Shown here: piece after piece, positions 53,810 to 64,000 of the stretch
How the letters are laid out: each line of letters begins with the position of its first letter
Numbering within the stretch: the first letter of the stretch is position 1
Assembly: GCA_013239625.1 (NCBI GenBank)
Contig: MU054166.1
Coordinates: 75,319-139,318, forward strand
Length of the DNA: 64,000 nt
Direction: 5' to 3'
Source: Lama guanicoe
Taxonomy: Eukaryota
Notes under the pieces: model-generated
Told to the model about the DNA's origin: nothing
Databases searched by the model: none
The model's input: the letters and a program-made list of their open reading frames with translations, nothing else
Made by a program: the position numbers and the translations under genes

Positions 53810-55480
53810 TCAGTTGTAATTAAGATGACGTTCATAAACTGAAGGTGGCTGATGAGTTGGCCTTGAAATAGATGTAGTTGATGTATCAGCGATCACTGGC
53901 ACTGGAAAGTGTGGGTTGCTCCCTGGTTGAAGTTTAGGAAAACGACCTTCATTGGTGGATATGTTGTGATAAATATTTAGAAAAGTAGAAGACTCCACCA
54001 TCAGTCCAAAATAATTGCTCTGTATGGGAGAGAAGATGCTGTACTGAGAAGTAGAATGTGTAGTTGGATTGGAGTTCACAACACCACCATTTGTTTTATT
54101 GTAGCTGCTTTGAGAGTGCCCGGGGACAGTGGTCAACTGATTTAAAATAGCTCGTTGATCCACTGAAATTTGTTCTGGTGGTCTTGATGACATTGATGTT
54201 GGAGGAGATAAATCACCTCTGTTCGGGTTAGTTCTATCACCAATTATGTGGCAATTAGAGGGCTTTCTTATAAGAGGCATGTTTAAATTTGCAGAAGGTA
54301 AAAATGCACTTTCTCCGCAAGCTTCAGCCAGAAAACGAGAATTATTATTATTCACATTACCCGATGCTTTAAAGTGCTTTTGGTTGAAATCTTCAGAAAA
54401 TGAAGACACCAGAGAAGAATTTCCAATCCCAACTCTTCTTTTTATTCTCACTAAAAGCTGGGGACAGCCTCGTTTAACATTTGGATTTTGATAGAACTAC
54501 AGCTACAACCAAAGAAGAAAATTTTATTAATAATTTAAACCAAAATACAAGACTACAATAAGCCTAATCTATAAAATCTCAGTTTCCACGTTTACTATGC
54601 AAAGATAATAACATCAAAATATAAACATTGCTAACAATATTTTGAAGTTCCTAATTTGGAAAATATACATTTAAATAGTATATTCATCAAATTTAAAAAT
54701 TAGCATTTGCAGTAACGGTGAATGCCACTTTTCAAAAGCAGCTTTAACACCTTTATTTAGATTTCTGGAAAGATTCATAGTTGCAAGCAAAGTTTCTCAT
54801 AATCTTGACTACTTAAGGCACTCCCCTCATTTTTTAGGAAAAAAAAGGCTTTTAGCCTTAGTAGATTTATACAATTTTCAAAATCTAGCTTTACAATTAT
54901 ATAACAATTGATTGATATACAAAATAAAATTTTATATATAAGTTTCCTTGTGGTAACTAAAATTTTTGAATACCTTTCTTAAACAGAGGCTTCTTTTACT
55001 TTTGCCAGAAAGTCAGGTAGACAAGCAGATATTTGAAAATTCTGACGCAGTTTCCTAAACTCATAAAGGTTAAGCTATCTAACTAAACTTTTCTTACTTC
55101 CAGTTTCAAATATTCTGAAAGGGTCCTTTCTTTCCAAAACTTCCTTTTTAAAAACATTTTCATCAATCACTATGAAAGATCCATTATTACCCCACCAGAT
55201 GGATTTAAACTGGTGACACCAAGCCATTTTCCAGAGTTTCCTTGGAAATGTTAGAGAATGAAAATCATTATCTTCATCTGGTTCAGAGACACAATGTGTA
55301 TATCATGGTCTTTTTATCAAGGATTCTTCAAAGTCTGAAAAGCATTTTCTTCATCATAGACCTCAAGTCCAAGTCCCCAGAGAATGTTTGATCACACAAT
55401 AGATATCTACCAGAGTTTCCTGAACCAGTTGGTCCATCTTTATGAGACACATCTTCAATTTCTGAAGAAACATGTGCCAT
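53810..55480 (-). pseudogene. HSFY: HSFY-family pseudogene, copy 2. Exon 1 54974-55480, intron 54503-54973, exon 2 53810-54502
   Basis: ATG at 55480 gives 'MAHVSSEIEDVSHKD...LCDQTFSGDLDLRSM', the HSFY N-terminus, followed by 'DNDFHSLTFPRKLWKM...FKSIWW', 'LNLYEF' and a C-terminal '...HLNYN'. Donor AAG|GTATTC, acceptor TTGTAG|CTG. Lesions: 1-nt deletion ~55351 (TGA at codon 51, 55328-55330), 4-nt deletion ~55329, TGA 55303-55305, TAG 55075-55077, 1-nt deletion ~54982, TAG 54497-54499. Confidence 0.95.
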
Positions 55481-55612
55481 CACAAATAAATTTTCCTACA
55501 GCCACTTTTCTAATCTGCATGATTTTTAGCACTGTGGCTTCAAATGCTGCTTTGGCAGGCCTGAACATATAAACTGCTAGGTCTTCACAATGGTTCACAA
55601 CTTGAGTAGCTG

Positions 55613-55620
55613 TGACATCA
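55613..55620 (-). promoter_or_regulatory. CRE-like motif TGACATCA ~135 nt upstream of the HSFY ATG
   Basis: One mismatch from the CRE consensus TGACGTCA, at the CpG position; function not shown. Confidence 0.3.
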
Positions 55621-58124
55621 AAAAACGACTGGTCTCCCAGCAAGTCAATTTTAACATTCAGCCAGTGTTTACTTCTCATTCATCCAGTTAAAATGAAACT
55701 TATATGATGCTTTTTTTATAGTGTGATCTGCAAATATTATCCCCACAAAATCTTTTTAAACAATATAATTGTGGGGTCTATGAAATAAAACCAATCTCCA
55801 TTCTTTTGTAATTAGTGAACATATAAAATAATTTTAAGATTTTGGTATTTAAAATGAAATTTTTGTAAAACCTGTACAGAAAATGTATATCTATTTCAAT
55901 AACATTTGCAATTAAAGTGAAACTTAATTTGATTTGGAAATGGAAGTAGGTATTTATCTGTGTGCTCTACAATAAGTAGTTCTATATTCAAAACATAAGC
56001 AGAATAAATATCAGTTTATATGTATTGTATATAAATAAATGGTACATAATTATGAAATAAAATTAGATAAATATAATGAATCAAATTTAAGAAATCCCAA
56101 AGGGCATAATTTTTGTTTTAAATTGTAATTCAGTGCTATAAGTAAACAAAAGTAATTTAATATTCTATTCTAAAATTACAAAAGAGAAAATCTCATTTTA
56201 TATTTACAAATGTTTATTTTTGCCATTCTTTCACTCAGAGGTTTTTCAATCCCTAGAAGGAATAAATTTTCTTGTCATCTTTATAATCCATACACTTGTG
56301 GCTTCTTTTAAGAGTTCCAAAATGATGTTGATAAGTACACTCATGCACATGACCCTGGGTTCAATAAGCAGTGCCTCCATTAAGGGGTAAACAAACAATC
56401 AAAAAACAAAAAAATAACAGTATATGTGTGTTGGGGTTGAAAAGAACTTGTAATGCATTTTAGGAAGCAATATGTATCTCAGGCCTGAAAAAGTTGACAT
56501 TGTTAGTAAAATACGGCATTTTAAGGCATGTGTTTCGTCCACTAAATGTAAATAATAGCTATGTGCTGTATCAGTAAACTGTAGTAAATCCAGTTCTACC
56601 AAAAATTATATTCTTTATTTAGAAATAAATTCCATTAAACATAAGACAAATTCAAACTGAGGGAAAAAATTTATAAATAAATACATGTACACCCAAGCTA
56701 AAATGTAAATTTTTCTTTCAGTATGTGCACGTTGCATTCTAAATAAACATTAGCAACCTGAATTCATTGCATATTACAAGTATTATAAACTATAATTAAG
56801 AGGGATTTAGTCCTGATTCATAAATATTACTTATCATATGCAAAACAATATATGTGATACAATCCCTTAAATAGCAGAGTGTTCAAAAATAACAATCTCA
56901 AAATATGTAGGAAAATTATTCACAGATCTGATCTTTACTTTTTTATAAAAATATTCTTAACAAATTAAATTTAAATAGAATGTAAGTAAACATAATAAAA
57001 GCCATATACAAAAAACCCATGACTAACATCAAGTTCAATTTTAACATACAGGAAAGTTTTCCTCTGGTCCAGTAATAAGGAAATGTAGCTTATTCTCACA
57101 AGTACTAAATTGCACTACTTGAAGTCCTAGCCAGAACAACTAGTAAAAAAAATATAAAAGGCATCCAATTTGTAAAAAAGCAGTAAAATTTTTACAGATG
57201 ACATTTTTATGCATAGATAGAAAACTCCACAGTATCCTCCAGTGACTATTACACATAATGAACATACTTAGTAAACTTGCAGAATACAAAATCAATATAC
57301 AAATATCCTTTGCATTTTCATATAAAAACAACAAATCATCAGAAAGGGAAATTAGGAAAACAATTGTGTGTATATTTATACCAAAAAGAATAAACTAGGA
57401 ATACATTTGTTAAGTGAAATAAAATATCTAAACATAGATCTATAAATTATAGGTGCAAGAAATATAAGTAAACAAAATAAATAGAAAGATATTCCCTTCT
57501 TATTTATTGCATACAATGTGAGGAACTATTCTAATCTACCTTTTATATGTTCAATCTCCCCTGCACTACTTATTGAGGAGAAAGTCTATTCTTCATTTTA
57601 TACTCCTGCCTCCATTTTCATGGGTTAATTGATCATAGGTGTGAGAGATTTTATCTGGTTCCTCAATTCTCTTCTATTGTTTGGTGTCTGTTTTTGAGCC
57701 AGTATCATGTTGTTAAAATTACTAAACTTTGTTGGACTGTTTAACATCAGAGAACTTTACACTATTAGATTTAATACACTTTTTCAAGGTTATTTGGCAA
57801 CTCATGTATTTGTGGTTACATATAAATTTTAAAATTATCTGTTCTATTAAATTGGAAAATCTCATGTGTACTTTGACATGAATCACACTAAATGTAGATT
57901 ACTTTGGGCAGTATGGTTGTTTCAACCACATTGTTTCACATCATTAACATAAGAGATCTTCTCATTTCTTTGTATCAGTTTTAATTTCCTTCATCAATGT
58001 TTTCAATTTTTTAACGTATAGGTTTTCTCCTTATTTGTTAACTTCATTTCTATGTATTCTATTCATATATATATATATATAATTATATATATTATATTTA
58101 TAAACATGTTTCCTTCACAAATAC

Positions 58125-61100
58125 AACAGGCAGAAGGCAGTGGCAAGTCATATTCAAAGTCCTGAATGAAAGAAAGCTGTAATCTAAGATAATTTATCAA
58201 GCAAAGCTATCCTTTAGAATAGAAGGAGAGATAAATAACTTCCACAAAAGCAAATACTAAAACAATTTAGCAAAAGAAAAAGAAATAATGAATGATCTAC
58301 TCTAAATAATAAAGAAGCAGGATGCTATAGAGAGGAGAAAGGCATAATTAGAAAGGCAATAATTACAATGTCTTACAATAAAATAAACATGATGTTGTAA
58401 AACAGGACATCAAAATTTTTAAGGATCAGAGAGTGAAACACGGCATTACAGAGTATTTTCTTCTTGTTTCTCTTCTCTAAAGGAGGGGTTAGAATTTGTT
58501 TTCCTATCAGTTAAAATAAAAAAGATATAGTAATGTGTCAATATACATACAAAACAGGGAAACCATAAGTGAAAATCTTTCAATGAAGTCACAAAGACAA
58601 AAAGAAACCAAGATAATAAAAGAAAACATATCACGCCACAAAAAGAAAATGAAATGAACAAAAAGGAAAGACCAAATTAACTGGAAAATGAAGTTCAAAA
58701 TGGAAATAAACAACAGTCAATAAATAATTATCACAAATATTAATGGACNNNNNNNNNNNNNNNNNNNNNNNNNNNNNNNNNNNNNNNNNNNNNNNNNNNN
58801 NNNNNNNNNNNNNNNNNNNNNNNNNNNNNNNNNNNNNNNNNNNNNNNNNNNNNNNNNNNNNNNNNNNNNNNNNNNNNNNNNNNNNNNNNNNNNNNNNNNN
58901 NNNNNNNNNNNNNNNNNNAAGAAAGCAGACTGCTAGTTACTGACTTCACACAAAATAGACTTTACAACAAAAGGCCATAGAGAAAGATAAACAAGGACAT
59001 GATATAATGATTAAAGGAACAATAAAAACTGAGGGTATTAAACTCATTAAGATATATACACTCAATATAGGAGCACCTAAATACATAAAGCAAATACTAA
59101 TAGATAAAAAAGGAGAAATGAATGGGAACATAATAACAGTAGGAGACTATAACTCCCCATTAACATCACTAGACTGGCCTTTCAGACTGAAAATTAAAAA
59201 GGGAAGAAAGATACAAAATATACGATAAAATAATTGGAGTTTGTTGATATTTTCAAACACTACTCTTCCCCAAAACAGAATATACATTCTTTTCTAGTTC
59301 ACATGGAATATTTTCTAGGAAATATTATGTACTCATTCACAGAAGAAGCTTCAACAAATTTAAGAAGATAAAACTTATTTCAAGCATTTTTCTGTGTATA
59401 AAAACATGAAACAAAATTTCTTCACAGAAAAAGAGGGAGAGAAAATTACAGCATGTAAATTAAATACCATGGTACTATAAAAAGTGGGGGAGGTGAAGAA
59501 GTTAAAGGAGAAATTAAAAAATATCTTGAGAAATATGTCAAAACACTACACAAAGTCTATGGAATACAGTTAAAGCAGGCTTAAGAGGGAAGTTCATAGT
59601 GAGAAGGCCCTCCTCAAAGTAGAAGAGCAACTTCAAATAAATAATCTAACATTCTATGTAAACTAATCATGAACGAAGAGCAAACAAAACCAAAAGTCAG
59701 CAGAAAGTGAGAAATAAGAAAGACCAAGGAAGAAATAATTGAAATACACATTAAAAAAGAGAAAAAATAAAAAATCAATCAAACTCTTTTTTGAAATAGT
59801 AAACATAATTGACAAAACTATGGACAGGCTCACCAACAAGAAAAGAGAACGAACACAAATAATATATGAAATGAAAATGGAGAAACTAAAAAGAGTAGCA
59901 CAAATTTGCATAATATCATAAGAGAATACCATGAGGAACTGTATGGAATCAAACTGGATAACCAGGAAGTAATAGAGAAGTTTTTGGAAACATTCAGCCC
60001 ACCAATATTTCATCAAGAAGAAATTAACCATTTGAACAGACAGATCACCAGAAGTGGAATAGAATTATCAATAAAATAAAGATTCTCTGCAAACAAAAAT
60101 TCAGACTCAAATAGCTTCACTGGGGTAATGACCAAACATACAAAGAAAAATCAATACCAGTCCTCCTCAAACTCTTCCAAAAGGTTGATATGGAGAGAGT
60201 ACTCCCAAACTCACACTGTAAGGCCAACATTAACCTGTTACCAAAACCAGACAAAGACACTACCTCAAGAGAAAACTATAGGCCAATATCATTGTTAAAC
60301 ATAGATGTAAATGTCCTTAAGAAAGTATTAACGAACAGAATCCAACAGCATGTAAAAAAGATCATACACCATGGTCAAGTTAGGTTCATCCCAGGAACAC
60401 AAGGATGGTTTCACTTATGCAAATCAATCAATAAATTGTGATACACCATACCAATAGCAGAGAGGACAAAAAACCACATGATCATCTCAGTAGATGTAGA
60501 GAAAGCATTTGATAAAAATTGACACCTATTTGCAATAAAAGTTCTTCTCACAGTGTGCATACAGGGACCATATCTCAACAAAATTAAAGCTATTTATGAC
60601 AAACTTATAGCCAGCAAAATGCTCAATGGTGAAAAACTGAAACGCTTCCCACAAAAACCTGAGACAAAACAAGGTTGCTCATTCTCACAATTTCAATTCA
60701 ATATAGTATTGGAATTCCTAGCCACAATGATCAGGCAAGGAAAAGAAATAAAAGGATTCATACTGGAAAAGAAGAGATAAAATTGTCATGGTATGCCAAC
60801 ATGACACTATATATAGAAAACTGTAAAAGCTTCACAAAAAATTACTTAGGCTGAAAAAGGAACTGGGCAATGTAGAGTGACTAATGTACTAAAAAAATGC
60901 ATTTATCTACACTAACATTGAATCAACAGGAAAACAAAGTATAGAGTCAACCGCTTTTATAACTGCAGCCAAAACTATAAAATGCTTAATAATACATCTG
61001 ATAAAGGAGGTGAATGGATTATATATGGAGAACTAGAAAACACTGATTGAGGAAATCAAAAAAGATTTGAAGAATTGAAAAGATACCCTATGGTCTCGTA

Positions 61101-62890
61101 ATGGAAGCAACAAATTGGTTAAAATGGTCATACTGTCCAAGGAAATCCCCAGGCTTAAAGTGATTTCCTATCAAATTATGCAAAACTTTTCTTTTTGGGA
61201 CTGAAACAAATGATCCTAAGATTTACAAAGAGTCATAATAGATCCATAATATCCAAAGCAATATTAACCAAAAAGAAAGAGGCTGGAGGAATAAACCACC
61301 AGGTCTCCATAAACTATTGAAGACCTACAATAATCAAAATAACATGATATTGGTACAGAAAAAGGCATACGGACCAATGAAACAGAATAGAAGGCCTAGG
61401 AATAAATCTACAGGCCTATGTCCTATTAATCTTTGACAGAGTAGCCAAGAATATGACAGAGAAAAGTCCATCTCTTCACCAACTGGTGTTGGGAAAAGTG
61501 GATACCAGCATCAGAGCAATGGAATTAGCACAATCCTTCACTCCATACACAAGAATAAACACAAAATGACTTGAAGACTTAAATGTAAGGCAAGACACAG
61601 TAAATCTCCTAGAAGTAAACATAGGCAAAACACTCTGAGATAAATCTCAGCAATGATCTCCTAGAACAGCCTACCCAGATAATGGATGTGAGAGCAAAAT
61701 TAATAAATAGGACCTAATTAAACTTATGAGATTTTGCACAGCAAAGGGAACCATAAACAAAGCAAAATGACAACTTATAGGATTAAAGAAAATATTTAGA
61801 AGTGATGCAACTGACAAAGTCTTAATTTCTAAAATATAAAGACTTCATACAATGTAATACTAATAAAAAAACCAAAGAAGCCCAATCTTAAAATGGGCAG
61901 AATCCCTAAACAAGCAATTCTCCAATAAAGAAATACAATTACCACATAAATATATGAAAAAAAATTTGCTCACTATCATTATCAGAGAAGGGCTATACAA
62001 AATTATAATGAAGTATCACCTCACAATAGTCACAATGGCAATCATTCAAAATTCCACAAACTTTAAGTGCTGGGGTAGCTGTGGAGAAAGGGGACTCTCC
62101 TTCACTGTTGGAAGGAAAGTAGTTTGGTGCAGTCATTGTGCAAACCAGAATGGGGATTTCTCAAAAGAAAAAAAATGAACTTAACCTACGATCCAGCAAT
62201 CACACTTCTGGGTATATATCAAAGGGAACCCTCATTCAAAATGTCACCTGCACCCCAATGGTATTAGCAGTGCTATATACAACATCCATGACATGGAAGG
62301 AACCTAACTGTCCAACAATAGATGAGAGTATTCAGAAGTTATGCCGTATTTACACAATGGAATAATATTCTGCAATAAACAATGATTAAACAATGACATT
62401 TGCAGCAAAATTGATGTCCCCAAAAAGTGTCATTCTAATTGAAGAAAGCCAGAAATAGAAAGAAAAATAATATATGACATGACATATGAGGAACTTCAAA
62501 AAAAAAATTGGATGTGAACACTATGATTTCCTCTACAAAAGTGAAACACACTCACAGATCTACTAAACAATTTTATGATTATTGCAGAAAGGGGCTATGA
62601 GAGGATATATTTGGGATCTGTATATTCATAAATTTTTTTCACTATACATAAAAATAGATTTTTTCTAAATTTCTGTTTTATGACTGAGGGCAGTAAGTTA
62701 AATATTGTGAAGTAATGTTTAATAGGCACACAAATATATGCATGCACGGGGACAATGTGTAATACACCACAGATTGACACATTGTAAATGGCAGTACTTC
62801 AATGATAAATAAATGAATAAATATGTAAATAAATAAATTAAATAATTAAATAAATAAATAATAACTAAATAAAAATATTTAATAATAAAT
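58125..62890 (+). mobile_element. LINE-1, paralogue of 24105-28420, retaining the RT segment deleted in copy 1
   Basis: '[24 protein letters not shown]...[17 protein letters not shown]', 'GPYLNKIKAIYDK', 'NFKCWGSCGE'; (TAAA)n tail. Confidence 0.92.
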
Positions 62891-63761
62891 GAAATACAAA
62901 TATTCACACTACTTAATTTCACACCTCAAGGATCTAGGAGAAAACAGAAAGAATATAGAAGAAAACTGAATGAATGAGAGTAAGGCAAATAACCAGAGAA
63001 AAAATTGAAAAGATAAAAGAAAAACCTAAGTCTGTTTCTTTTAAACATAAACTGGACAAACGTTTAGGTTGGCAAAGAAAATAAAGACTCAAATAAAATT
63101 AGAAATAAAAGAGAAGATATTACCACTGATGTTGTAGAGATGCAAAGTGTCTTAAGAAATTACCACTAGCCAACGAATTGAATGACGTAGAACAAAAGAG
63201 AAATTTCCAGAAACATATGTCTTTGAATACTGAATCAAGAAGAAATCAGAAAGATAATAGAGCAAAAGTGTGTTTGGGTAAGTCAATAATCCAAACTTCC
63301 AAAACCAGAAAAAAATTTACAAGACGACATTACTGGTGAATTCTCTCATACATTTGAAGACAATTTTTCACCAATTCTTCCCCAAATCTTCCAAGAATTT
63401 GAAGGGGGTGAAAGATTCCAAACATGTTTTTTGATGTGAGCTTTATTTGATTAGCAAGCAAGAAAGGACATTATATGCAAAATATAGAATATTATCCCTG
63501 ATGAACATATGTGCCAAAATTCTCAACAAAACACAAGCAAAATGAATTTAACAACACATTTAATGTATCATAAACATACATGAGTAAAGGGATTTATCCC
63601 TGGGTTTAAGGATACTTCAAAATATTCAAATCAATAAAGGTGACATGCCACACTAATAGAATAAGTAAAAGAATTCACATAAACATCTCAACACGTGCAG
63701 AAAGTGCATTATATATAATGCAACATTCTTTTAAGATACTCCCAACAAATTAAATTAACCC

Positions 63762-64000
63762 TGTCAGTGGCACGATATCATATACAAACAAACACTGTGT
63801 GGAGAGCAGTGGAGCAGTTCTCTTTTTATTGATTCTTAGAAAAAGGGTTTATAGAGGACATGCACAATGCCTCACATATCATCTAAGTTATAACAATGTT
63901 AATAATCTTAAGCTATTTATGTCCCCATGCTCCAGCAGAAAGTGCAGGTTATTAAATGATCAAGGATTGTTTTAAATTTCATCACGGAACTTCATTAATT
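63762..64000 (-). mobile_element. Candidate solo LTR, paralogue of 29282-29714 (cut by the window end)
   Basis: Starts 'tgtcagtggcac'; the minus strand has TATAAA followed closely by AATAAA. Confidence 0.5.

Larger units (their letters stand above)
34151..64000 (+). repeat. Tandem segmental duplication unit, copy 2 (runs off the window end)
   Basis: Same order and orientation of the L1 fragments, microsatellites, HSFY copy and LTR-like element as in 1-29520. Confidence 0.95.

Noticed and set aside
1..64000. CRISPR arrays, tRNA/rRNA genes, or prokaryotic operons
   Set aside because: None seen; the sequence is mammalian repeat-rich DNA.

Overview
This is AT-rich, CpG-depleted mammalian DNA, mostly LINE-1 (L1) relics, with six assembly gaps. 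It is organised as almost two direct tandem copies of a ~34.2-kb unit: positions 1-~29520 align to ~34150-64000, at about 88% identity in two hand-counted spot checks. Each unit carries one minus-strand, two-exon HSFY-family gene (heat shock transcription factor, Y-linked) with GT-AG splice sites and an AATAAA signal. Both copies are disabled by different lesions, all in exon 1 or at codon 2 of exon 2, while the downstream 213+ codons stay open and collinear. This fits an old, non-homogenised HSFY amplicon on a mammalian Y chromosome; the L1s resemble cetartiodactyl, possibly camelid, families, which is recalled rather than searched. The rest comprises a near-full-length L1 per unit, older L1 fragments, a candidate solo LTR and microsatellites. 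I found no intact gene, RNA gene, CRISPR array or convincingly new system. The best leads are the lopsided decay of the HSFY copies and the L1 lacking a target-site duplication that may mark the amplicon junction. Repeat boundaries are approximate.
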